Program-made: the position numbers and the translations under genes
In this document: piece by piece, positions 23,874-34,295 of the stretch
Position numbering within the stretch: the stretch's first letter is position 1
How the letters are laid out: each line of letters opens with the position of its first letter
Notes under the pieces: model-generated
What the model saw: the letters and a program-made list of their open reading frames with translations, nothing else
Databases searched by the model: none
What the model was told of the DNA's origin: nothing
NCBI RefSeq assembly: GCF_006345805.1
Contig: NW_021836872.1
Location: 1 to 36,818, forward strand
From: Octopus sinensis
Lineage: Eukaryota
Length of the DNA: 36,818 nucleotides
Direction of reading: 5' to 3'

Positions 23874-23900
23874 TTGGGCAACGCCGGGTAACTCTTCTAT
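23874..23900 (+). mobile_element. Helitron-like 3' end (hairpin + decayed CTAG); the element may start near the (TA)n at about 23000
   Basis: ttgggcaacgccgggtaactcttctat resembles the 3' ends at 11690-11717 and 28704-28735. Confidence 0.35.
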
Positions 23901-23949
23901 TATATATATACGTGAAAGAGCACAATTCAAGCGTGATTGTTACGAACAT

Positions 23950-24210
23950 CGACTTACTGGCACCTGTGCCAGTGGCATGTGTTAAAAGATTTGAACGAGG
24001 TCATTGCCAGTACCGCCTGACTAGCCCTGTGCTGGTGGCACATAAAAAGCACCCACTACACTCTCGGAGTGGGTGGCGTTAGGAATGGCATCCAGCTGTA
24101 GAAACTCTGCCAGATCACGAATGGAGCTTGGTGCGACCGTCTGGTTCACCAGCCCTGAGTCAAAATCGTCCAACCCATGCTAGCATGGAAAGCAGACGTT
24201 AAATGATGAT
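23950..24210 (+). mobile_element. RTE-type 3' tail with two unamplified TGTGCC-NNN-GGCAC hairpin units and a (GAT)n end
   Basis: gtggcacataaaaagcacccactacactctcggagtgg...ccaacccatgctagcatggaaagcagacgttaaatgatgat; same family as 36310-36500. Confidence 0.75.
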
Positions 24211-24796
24211 ATATATGATATATATGGATATATATGATATATATGGATATATATGATATACATGGATATATATATATATATATATCCATTTATAAAGAGG
24301 CATTTTTCATCAATAAATTTCTCCCCCAACTAAATATGAACACACAACTCAATACAGAACACCACTAACTCTTCAATTGAAACCACTAAACCCTATACAC
24401 TTCCTACACTACTCACATCTCTAAATCCAGAACTACTTACCTCCCTTACAAATAATCTTTTTTCTCAGGAACTATTAGACCTGACACCCTTCATTAACCG
24501 GTGTTATTCAAGCGATGAATAGTTTTGCGTAAACCATCATTTGTTTTGTTCTCTTACTTTATTATCATCTTATAATCATCTCATAATAAGGACTTTTATG
24601 ACTCGTATTACTACCTCAGTCAATCTAAATGTATATATTTGTCGTTATCTGTCATAAATAGCCTTTTTCTATTTGCAATGTGCATTTTTGTTGATTTTTC
24701 TTATTTTACCCTTACATTTCCATGTGTATTTTTTATTTTCTTTCCGTAACATATTTCTACTATCCATATATATATATATATATGGATATATATATA

Positions 24797-25295
24797 TTTT
24801 TTCATTTTTTCATTTTATCTAGTTTCAGCTCACGAGCTGTGGCCATGCTGGGGCACCGCCATTTGGTGTTGCTACATGATTTTACTTCACGAATGCTTTT
24901 TAGCAATTGACATTTGGTGCATGAGAGAGTTTGATGCAGCTGCCCTTATCTGCACCTCCTGCTGTGATGTTGGTTCATCTGGGACACCTGATATGAAGTG
25001 GTCCCACATTATTTTAAAGACATCTGCATCCACACCATGCAGGTCTCTCAGGTCCTTCGGGAGGATATTGAAGAGCTGTGGACCTTTGAAGCCCAGGCTA
25101 TCACAGTATCTTGTCCTACATCTTGATGGCAAATTTGGAGTCCTTGGCCCTATGCAGTGGAGCCCAGTTCTAGTATTTGTGTAACTCTCAATGTGAAAGT
25201 TTGAGACAAGTCCTTCCAGGATCTTCCAGAGGTATATTATGGCATATCTTTATCGCCTACGCTCTAAGGAATAGAGTCTTAATCTCTTGAGTCTG
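24797..25295 (-). mobile_element. CR1-group LINE (second family): 3' end with UTR hairpin and (AAAAAATG)-like tail
   Basis: RLKRLRLYSLERRR*RYAIIYLWKILEGLV...SLGFKGPQLFNILPKDLRDL...VPDEPT...RAAASNSL, then UTR ggcggtgccccagcatggccacagctcgtgagctgaaac. Confidence 0.85.
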
Positions 25296-26372
25296 CTTTC
25301 CTTGAAGAAAATAACTTGCTGCCTGACACCCAACATGGTTTCAGCCAGGAAGTAGCTGCCTAACTCGGCTCCTACAACACAATGACTGGGTACTGAAACA
25401 ACTGCTCAACCACTCAAATGTGGAAGTCATATATCTCGACTTTGCAAAGGCCTTTGATAAAGTCGATCATGGAATGATATGTCACAAACTGTGTGATCTT
25501 GGCATAGTTGGGAAATTGGGAGAATGGCTTCATGACTTTCTGAAGGATAGAAGTCAGGTGGCCACCTCCAATGGGGCCACCTCCAATAACATGCAAATAG
25601 TGGCGGTTGTTCCTCAAGGCACTATTTTGGGACCACTACTGTTCATAATGGCCCTCAGACATGCCCTCATCCGCAGGGAGCCACGATCACAAGTTATGCC
25701 GATGATACAAAAGTTTCACAGGTAATACAGAACCCTGAAGACACTATGCACCTGCAATGTGAGCTGGATGAAATATACAAATGGGCTGAAAAGAATAGCA
25801 TGCAGTTCAATGCTGAAAAGTTTCAAGCTTTATGCTATCAGCATGCAAAACTAAATGCAATACTCAATAAATACACTGGACCTGGAGGGATTGCAATCCC
25901 AGAGGCACAATCAGTGTGAGACCTAGGTATTTACATGATTAATGATGCAACCTTTCATGTGCATGTTGCTAAATTGGCAATGAAATGTAGGTGGCTGACC
26001 GGATGATTCTTAGAGCTTTTAGAACAAGAGACCAGGAAACCATGACGGTCCTCTGGAGGACACTTGTCCTTAGCCACTTTGACTATTGCTCTCAGCTATG
26101 GTCACCAACCAGTGTCAAATAATCACAGAATTTGAGGCAATCCAACGAAGCTACACGAAGAAGATAGCCTCTATATAGATGTAAGCTATTGGGAAAGGCT
26201 CAAGAGATTAAGACTCTATTCCTTAGAGTGTAGGCGATAAAGATATGCCATAATATACATCTGAAAGATCCTGGAAGGATTGTCCCAAATTCACACATCG
26301 AGAGTTACACAAATACTAGAACTGGGCTCCACTGCATTGCCAAGGACTCCAAATTCGCCAAGGACCCCAAAT
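25295..26372 (+). mobile_element. Inverted internal (RT) segment of the same CR1-group family
   Basis: AFLEENNLLPDTQHGF, YLDFAKAFDKVDHG, VPQGTILGPLLF, SYADDTK, DYCSQLWSP, ERLKRLRLYSLECRR*RYAIIY. Ends abruptly at a short ccaagga(c/t)ccaaatt duplication. Confidence 0.88.
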
Positions 26373-26374
26373 TG

Positions 26375-27040
26375 AGGGGCTTCTTATCAAAGTGTCTATC
26401 TGCATTTGCTTGTTTATTCGAATGTGTAGTTTCCTAGTAGTGCTCCCTACGTAGGGTGCCCCACATTTATTGCAGACGACCTCATATACTGCATGTTTTG
26501 ATGTCATTGATGGGGCAGTTGGTGAGTGTGCACTCCACAGTGCTCCCTTAGGTATTTTTCTTGATAGAGCTTTCTTCAGGGATAGACTGGTGTGTACCAG
26601 CTGTATGTTAAGTCTCTCCCTGCGGATGGATGTTGGGTTAGCTGCTGATGTTCTGTCATCTAAGTAGGGCAGTCTAAGGAAGCATGTTTCTGATCTGATG
26701 TTATGGGCTTCTCTGTGTAGTTTACCCACTTTCATTATTCACAGAGGCAGTCTTTTAGCTGTGGATGGTGGATAACCGTTGTGTGCTAAGTTCCTGAGGA
26801 ACCGCTTCATGCTGATGGCTTTGTCACTTACTTCATTGCATCTGTCTCTTATGCATGTTATTTAATTTTGTTATGTGCAGTTTTGGCTTGTGGACCGGGC
26901 CGAATCATAATGCATGAATAGATTCCTAGTCACTGCTTCTTTTGTAAAGATTCATGTGGATGTAACCATCCTCTGTGATCCTGATTTGGAAATCCAGCAG
27001 AGAGAGAGATCCAGGCTTGTCTGGGTGTTCATTTTCAAAT
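26375..27040 (-). mobile_element. Penelope-like element fragment: RT thumb region + GIY-YIG endonuclease
   Basis: AVYEVVCNKCGAPYVGSTTRKLHIRINK (GIY-YIG motif) in ORF 26316-26735. Upstream: EHPDKPGSLSLLDFQIRI and CIRDRC...FLRNLAHNGYP. Confidence 0.8.
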
Positions 27041-27654
27041 TTATGTGACTGTCAATGTAGTTGAATTTTTCATGTATGGAATTTACTCCTTCCGTGAAGG
27101 GGTGAGCATCTCACATTATTCCATCTTTACACAACTACATTCTTTAAATACATATGTATTTATATATATATATATACTTGCTGACATAACCGGTAATTCT
27201 AGGAAAGTGGGGCTTGTCCCTTTGTTCCATTCTCATAATTGTTTCGCTAATCCATTAACAACAATACAAAGTATCAGTCTTACACAGGAACTTGTTTTTA
27301 GGAATTCCCAATAAGTTATGAATTCCCAAATTGTGAAGTCAGTTATGTAATAACATGAAATTAATTACCCGATAGTAAGATTCAAACAAAGTAGCCCCAA
27401 AATGGCTTTAATACATTCCCAGAGTATATAGAACTTAAGAGGAAGCACTGATAAGGTATGTATACTAAAATCATGAAGCATGTTATGTAAGGACAGGCTA
27501 ATGAGATAGGAGATAATAACAATTCAAAGTAAATAACTCTGAAAAAAGCTTTTGTGCATCTGCAGAGAATATTACCCTCAGCGGTGCTAGTGTTTACTTC
27601 GCAAGTTGTGAAATTTGTTTTTGTGATCTTGTTTGTGCTATAGTTTGCAATTTT

Positions 27655-28690
27655 GTCATAAACTGAAAGTTTGAACAAGAGCCAATGTGAAATTTTGCGT
27701 TAAACTTGGGAAGTCTGCTACAGACATTGATCATGCTTTGGCAAGCTTACAGCGATGAGGCAATGAGTTGTATGCAAAGTTTCAATTAGTGTGGATGCTT
27801 CAAAAGTGGAAGAACATCCTAAGAAGACAGAGAGCAATCTGGGTGACCTACCATGAATGTCTGCCTGTAAAATTCATCAGCTTGTGCATGAGGATCATCT
27901 GAAGACAACAACATTGCTGATGCCGGTTTGTCATATTGGTTCATGGAGGCAATCCTAACATCTGAATTGAACATGTGGTGTGTCTTTGCCAAGTTTGTCT
28001 CCTGCTTGCTGACTACTGAACAGAAAGAACATCATGTCAAAGTCTGTCAAGATCTCCATTGGCAGGCTTCTGATGACCCATCCTTTATGTCAAGAATCAT
28101 CACCGGTGATAAGAGTTGGGTCTATGGGTACAAACCTGAGATGAAGCAACCATCATCCCAATGGAAGAGGCCTTCATCACCATAACCAAAGAAGGTATAA
28201 CAGATCTACAGCTCAATCAAGAGCATGCTCATTGTTTTTCAACATCACCAGTATTGTGCATAAAGAATTCATCCATAAGGCCAGACAGTCAATGGAGAAT
28301 TTTACTGTGATGTTGTGAAGCATTTGAGGGAGGACATTTGGCTAAACAACCAGATCTATTGAGCACACAGAAGTGGATTCTTCATGATGACTGCTCCCTA
28401 TCTGAGTTCCTTGCCAAAAACAACATGGTATCACTCCCACACTTGCCCTATTGCCAGGTTTAGCATCTGCAGACTGCCATCTCTTTGCCAAGGTAAAAAT
28501 TTAGCTCAAAAGTTGCCATTTTAACACTGTTGTCATGATGAAGAGTGAATCACAGAAAGTGCTCGACTTGCTTACAGAAAATGATCTCCAGGCCAGATTC
28601 CAATAGTGGCAGGAATGTTGGGATCAGTGTATTGCTGTGCAAGATGACTTTTTCAAAAGAGATGCTGTTAAAACTTAAGTAAACAAGTTA
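27655..28690 (+). mobile_element. Decayed mariner element (near-complete transposase remnant)
   Basis: EQRANVKFCVKLGKSAT (frameshifted), AKFVSCLLTTEQK, IITGDKSWVYGYKPE.KQ.SSQWK, GQTVNGEFY, LHDD, EFLAKN, HLPY..LAS, W..CW.QCIA. Many disruptions. Confidence 0.85.
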
Positions 28691-28703
28691 TTTTTTTTAA
28701 ACA

Positions 28704-29865
28704 CTAGCAGGTAGCCGGCTTTGCCCAGGATTAAGTTAGGATTATAAGCTAATGAAGTTCGTTATTTCAAACCAAACTAAGTAACATCGATGTCATATTG
28801 AGCGAAATCTGTTGAAATTGGTAAAATTTTGGCTGAAAATGAGTTGCAGATGACTTGATTGGGAAATCCCATAAGGAATCGGTCTATGATTTTTTTTCCC
28901 ACTCATCGATTTTTTTCGTTTTTAGAGAACTGAGAGTATTCAAAGATCCCATGACTCCTAAGTAAGGCTGGCATCAAGTTTGAACAAAATACATCAAATT
29001 CGGTAAAAGTTATGGTTGAAAATGGGGTGTAGCCATTTTATTGGGAAATCCTATAAGGAATCGGTTTATCGATTTTTTTTGATTTTTTTATCCTGATTAA
29101 ATGGAAAACCCCATGAGGAATCAGTTAATTGGTTTTCATCCCAAATAGGACTTAACCGAACACAATATTGTTGATTCAAAAACATAAATATATTCTTTAA
29201 AGTTGGTTTTCACACCCAACTCAGTTCTGCAGAATCGGTGTCGTGATGGGAGCGCATGGGTTGATCAGGCTGCACATGCACATGTGATCAGGTTGCACAT
29301 GTGATCAGGTTGCACATCCAGCCCTTTGAAAACACCACCCCCTCATCTAACCCCCCTTTGCCCGGGGTTGGGAAGCCTTCCAGCAAGGAAAATAGAATGC
29401 CCAAAAGAGCTCCCGCTCCTCTGTGTCAGAAGTGGTACATTCAGATCACAACTAAGTTTTAAGAATATATATATATATACACACCACACACACGATCATA
29501 CACATATTGCATACATGTGTTTTGTTCAGATATATGTTCGTGTGTTGTGTGTGTATGTGTGTGGTTGTGTTGCCCGTATATCGACAAAATACTTAACAAA
29601 AGTTTTAACAAAAACTTACTCATAGCTAGAAGGGGACTTAACTCCTGTTGTAAACAATTGGGATTCTCCGACTTGAAAATTGCTAAAAGTTTTGATGAAA
29701 ATTCATTTTTACCATTATGCTGGGGCCTCTGAGAAAAATAAGTTGACAAAAATACAGCTAGGGTCATGATGAATGTCCTAAAATTGGAGCGACATGCATG
29801 CTATGGGACATGCATAAATTACATCCACGTACACACACACATCATGCCTTTTATATATATACAGA
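28704..29865 (-). mobile_element. Non-autonomous Helitron, about 1.16 kb, with internal repeats
   Basis: On the minus strand, 5' A|TCTGTATATATATAAAAGGCATG and 3' cctgggcaaagccggctacctgCTAG|T. Internally, gaaatccc..taaggaatcgg occurs three times (about 28863, 29045, 29105) and the 17-mer tgatcaggttgcacatg three times (29262-29317). Confidence 0.72.
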
Positions 29866-29926
29866 TAACTAATCTGAGAACTTTTTAATACCATTCCCTA
29901 CCTTTTAATATTCTCTTTGTCTTTAA

Positions 29927-30140
29927 GGCGGTGAACTGGCAGACTCATTAGCACACTGGGCAAGATGTTTAATGGCATTTTGTCCAGCTTTACATTCTCA
30001 GTTCAAATTCCACTGAGGTTGAGACTTTGCCTTTCATCTTTTCCAGGTCAATAAAATAAGTACTAGTTGAGCACAGGGGTCAATGTGATCAACTTATCCC
30101 CTCCCCCGAAATTCCTGGCCTTGTACCAAAATTTGAAATC
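29927..30140 (+). mobile_element. tRNA-derived SINE (second family)
   Basis: ggcggtgaactggcaga (A-box-like), gttcaaattcc (B-box-like, 30001-30011), body ttgcctttcatc...aaaataagtac...ggccttgtaccaaaatttgaaa. Paralogue at 31363-31570. Confidence 0.75.
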
Positions 30141-30679
30141 AATATTTTCACTGTCTTCTTCATTGTTCTCGCCACTGTTAATTTTTGCCCAATTAAATAT
30201 ATTAAATAAAATCTTTTAAATTTTAAAACCAAATGTGAATACAAATACAGATTTCACAGAAAATAGAACAAAATGGTAATCATCTGTGTTATTTAAATAA
30301 AGTTCAGGAACCGAATATCTCTTCATATTTGAATGTCTGATTTCACATCCTAAAGTAGGTGTGTGCTTCTGATTGACATGTTACTTTTACATTTCTCCTG
30401 ATCATATGATATGATTATAATATTTGAGTCATTGACAGAAAGTTGATGCCTTAGGCATTACCTATGATACATGGGTGTGATTCCTATTCTCTCTGAAATA
30501 TTCTCTGTACATCTATTCACATTTAATTTTAATTTATACTTTAAAACGAATTTTTCAATTAATCCTCTTAATTTTAATTTATTTCAAGTTGTTGTTCTTG
30601 CATTAGAAAAATTACTTCTTGGAATGACAAGGTAGCTATTAAATGATATGTATGTGTTTTATATTTTCATTTCCTTCAG

Positions 30680-30952
30680 TTTCTCTTGGAATAATTGAGG
30701 GTGGTGCAAAATTTCCCAAGGTGAATCAACCAGTCACTTTTGAATGTCCTTTTAAAAATCAAAACTTTAAACACTGGAAAATTGATGGAAACATCATTAG
30801 CGGAACTAATAAAACTAGAAACTTTGAAGCAAATGTGCTTCCTAACAATGTCAGAATCATAAACATCACACTTCTTCAAAATATTGAGCAAACAATTGTT
30901 TGTGAAAACACCACTGGTGAGAAGACAAGATTTCATGCAATACCATTATTCA
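30680..30952 (+). CDS. Host gene coding exon 2: Ig-like domain (symmetric phase 1-1, 273 bp)
   Basis: Acceptor ttttcatttccttcAG (30678-30679), donor GTAAGT at 30953. Encodes (V)SLGIIEGGAKFPKVNQPVTFECPFKNQNFKHWKIDG...IINITLLQNIEQTIVCENTTGEKTRFHAIPLF: two Cys 51 residues apart, a core Trp, and N-glycosylation sequons NKT, NIT, NTT. Confidence 0.85.
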
Positions 30953-31127
30953 GTAAGTACAAATATAAATCATTTGTATGTATTTTCCTGTCAATATTAA
31001 TCTATTATGACCATGAAGAAAGTATATTTCTATAAACACTAACTTTGAGTTTCAGTCAATTCACAAAATGTTGTAACAAACTTATACTGCCAATAATACA
31101 TTGAAAGAATGTTCATTTTAATACAAG

Positions 31128-31170
31128 ATGATGATGGAGATGATGAAGATGATGATGATTTTTCTTCACT
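31128..31170 (+). CDS. Host gene coding exon 3: acidic box mini-exon (43 bp, phase 1-2)
   Basis: Acceptor ttcattttaatacaAG (31126-31127), donor GTAAGT at 31171. In frame with exon 2 it encodes (N)DDGDDEDDDDFSS(L). Confidence 0.75.
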
Positions 31171-31362
31171 GTAAGTATTTTATCCTATATATGTTGTTCT
31201 ATCAGTATTTACGTGTTGAAAAAAATATATCTTTCTCCTTGTACTACAATACATTTCAGCAATTCAAAAACAAACTTGTTTATATGTTTATGCCAATAAT
31301 ATTTTAATGTTTATAATTTCCCTCGTTATATTATTCCAGTGTTGTTGAAATAGGAATATTCT

Positions 31363-31570
31363 GGCTGAGCTGGCAGGATTGTTACTGTGCTGGGAAAAAT
31401 TCTTAGCAGTATTTCTTTTGATTTTATGTTCTGAGTTCAAATGCTGCTGGAATCAGTTTTGCTTTTAATTCTTTTGGCATCGATAAAATAAGTACCAATT
31501 GAACACTAGGGTCGATTTAATTGACTTTACTCCTTTGAAATTGATGGCCTTGTGCCAAAACTTGAAATCA
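31363..31570 (+). mobile_element. Degraded copy of the tRNA-derived SINE at 29927
   Basis: gagctggcagga...ttctgagttcaaat...aaaataagtacc...ggccttgtgccaaaacttgaaatc. Confidence 0.7.
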
Positions 31571-31818
31571 GTTTTATCGCTGAGATTAAATGTTTGATTT
31601 CAGAAGAGAGTCATAAATTATTCTTGGTTTGATGAAATTAACAAAATTATTAATTATTCTAAAAAGCTGAGAAGTCATCATCATCATCTTCGTATCTTAA
31701 AAAGAACAGTCTTTCAATGCATTATCTTTTTTAGTGTGTATACTGGTTGAATTTCTGATTGTCATCAGAAATGTTATTCTTGAATATGCACACACGCACA
31801 TACACACAAGTATATATT

Positions 31819-33260
31819 ATCATCATCACCATCATCATTGTCATCGTTTAGCATCAATTTTCCATGTCAGTATGAGTGAGATGGTTTGACTGGAGCTGGC
31901 ATGGCCAGGAGCTGTACCAGGCTCCATTGACTTCTGTAGGTTGATAAGGCTGAGATGCTGGAGATGGTGAGGAGAAAGAGCCCCTCGCAGACAAACATTG
32001 CACATCATACTGAACATAGTAACTTCATACCTTTCTAGTCTTTGCATGCCCTCTACATTCAAGGACCATGTCTGCCTATCACGTGGCATTGCTGTTTGTG
32101 CACAGGCATCACACAACCTTCCTTTCTCTCAGAAAGAGAGACTTTTGGTTGCCACTTGAGGTAAAAGATCTCTGAACTTTCTCCATCTTATTCTAGCAAT
32201 TTCATTTCCTCCTCCACTGAAAATTAGGTCACCTAGCTAGCAGATATTGCCCTGTACCTTTAGAGCACCTCTTGGGCATTTGTGAAAATCCATTTCCTGT
32301 ATACTTGTAGATTTTATGACTCCTATGCATTTTCCACATACAGACACTAATTTCTCTGTTAACCTCCCTACTGTTCCACTGCACCTGTTTTGCATCCATT
32401 GCATACCCAGAATACGCTGAAATGAATTTCTGCCTACACCATTCTTACATACTGAGAAAAATCATTTACCTGAAGTGAGTAGGGTCCTGTTTGTTTTCTT
32501 GCTTACTAAGGCTTTTGTCTTTGCTAAGTTAACTTCAAGGCTCTTTGATTCCAGGCTTTGCTTCCACACCTGAAACTTTTTTCTAGTTTTGTTACTGATT
32601 CTGCTGTGAGAGCAAGGTAATTTACATATAGTAGTTCTCATTGGCTTCCAGGCTTAAATTCCTCTGTTATGACCTGGAGGACAATTCTGAATAGGAGGTG
32701 GCTGAGGACTGAGCCTTGATGAACACCTAACCCTACACTAAATTTATCACTGTGCTCATGACTAATTCTAACATTATTTATAGCAACCCTGTACAAGACC
32801 TGAACTGCTTTTCACAAGCCATCTATCTCTAGCTTCCTGAAAGACCAGCATTTTACAGAGCAGGGTGCTCTGTTGAATGCTTTCTTCAGGTCAACTAATG
32901 CCAAGTACAACAGCTTATTCTTAGCTTAATATTACCCTTGTACTTGCCTGACTTCTTCCCATTACTGTGCCAAACTGCATTTCATCTAGCTTAATTTGTT
33001 TCTAATTAATTGGGTTATTATTCTCTCCATAACTGTCATCACTTTGTCAAGCAATTCTAGACCTCTATAATTAATTATGTTAAATGAATTTCATTTACTA
33101 TTTTAGTCACTGATTATGATACTAGTATACCAGTCATTGGGGATTATACCTTCCTGAATAACCTAATTAACTAAACAGTGTCTAGACTGTATCCCTGAAC
33201 CAAGGATTTTTCCAGTCTCCATATCTTTAATTACATTATTTATCACACTGCTGTCTATAT
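31819..33260 (-). mobile_element. RTE-clade LINE (family A) remnant with RT region, internal deletion and (GAT)n 3' tail
   Basis: NYRGLELLDKVM, LVDLKKAFNRAP, GVHQGSVLSHLLF, ELLY(V)N (YADD decayed), RIRWRKFRDLLP, QRLERYE...MCNV. The co-oriented 3' tail is at 31819-31930. Confidence 0.85.
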
Positions 33261-33429
33261 GAATGGTTGGCCCCTCTGTTGGGTTCACTTGATGGGGAGA
33301 CTCCCTTTTTCTATTCATCCGCCACATTTAATAGCCCTTCACAGTTGCTCTTTCACACATTTTTCTTTTCCAAACCACTAAATACCAGCATGCCATTATC
33401 TATCTGTACATCTCAATTCTCTCTGACAC

Positions 33430-33684
33430 ACTCTTTTACTACTTTACTTGTTTCAGTCATTTGACTGCGGCCATGATGGAGCACCGCAGTCGAGCAAATT
33501 GACCCCAGGACTTATTCTTTGTAAGCCTAGTACTTATTCTATCGGTCTCTTTTGCCGAACCACTAAGTTACGGGGACGTAAACACACCACTGTCGGTTGT
33601 CAAGTGATGTTAGGGGTATAAATACAGACACACAAACATACACACACACACAAACACACACACACACACACGCACACACACATG

Positions 33685-33724
<40 letters not shown>

Positions 33725-33890
33725 TACGATGGGTTTCCTTCAGTTTCTGTCTACCAAATCCACTCACATGGCTTTGGTCAGCCCGAGGCTATAGTAAAAG
33801 GTACTTGCCCAAGGTGCCATGCAGTGGGAATGAACCTGGAACCATGTGGTTGGTAAGCAAGCTACTTACCACACAGCCTCTCCTGCGCAT
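33430..33890 (-). mobile_element. Full-length tRNA-derived SINE with an internal (TA)n(TG)n microsatellite and a CR1-like 3' hairpin, inserted into the RTE remnant
   Basis: Minus strand: head gcgcaggagaggctgtgtggtaag...ggttcattcccactgc, microsatellite at 33635-33725, 3' half ...gatagaataagtactaggc...gcggtgctccatcatggccgcagtcaaatgactgaaacaagtaaa. Confidence 0.85.
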
Positions 33891-33989
33891 GTGTAGCAAT
33901 ATGCAAAATCTCGAGTCTCTCATCTTCATAATGTAAGATATTGGCAAACCTGTTTCTGTCTGTTTCTACCCTAGCAAGATAAATCCGGT

Positions 33990-34140
33990 ACCTTGCTTCC
34001 CTTTTAGCTACTTAATATGGTTCTTTGCTACCATCCTTTTTCCACACTTTCCAAACCCATTTCTTCTCTTTTATAGCCCTGTTGACCTGATTGTTCCACC
34101 ACCATATCCCCTTTGATCTGGCAAAAGCTTTGCTCCAACC
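33990..34140 (-). mobile_element. Upstream piece of the same RTE family A element
   Basis: WWWNNQVNRAIKEKKWVWKVWKKDGSKEPY, the typical post-endonuclease WW region of RTE. Confidence 0.7.
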
Positions 34141-34144
34141 ACAA

Positions 34145-34295
34145 ATCATCATCATCATCATCATCATTTCACATCTGGGTTGGATATTTGACAGGCTGGC
34201 TTGGCAGAAGATTGCATCAGGTTTCACTACCTGTTTTGGCAGGGGTTTTATGACTGGATGCCCTTGCTAACACCAACCAACTTATAGAGTGAACT
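34145..34295 (-). mobile_element. RTE-type 3' tail fragment with (GAT)n end
   Basis: Reverse complement: cactctataagttggttggtgttagcaagggcatccagtc...tccaaccc...atgatgatgatgat. Confidence 0.6.

Noticed and set aside
30643-31035. 130-aa ORF as a single-exon gene
   Set aside because: Its start and end lie in intron sequence. Only 30680-30952, bounded by splice sites, looks like protein.
31330-31410. Possible further exon after tattattccAG at about 31339
   Set aside because: The reading frame runs into a SINE and stops, and no donor is seen. At most a cryptic exonisation.
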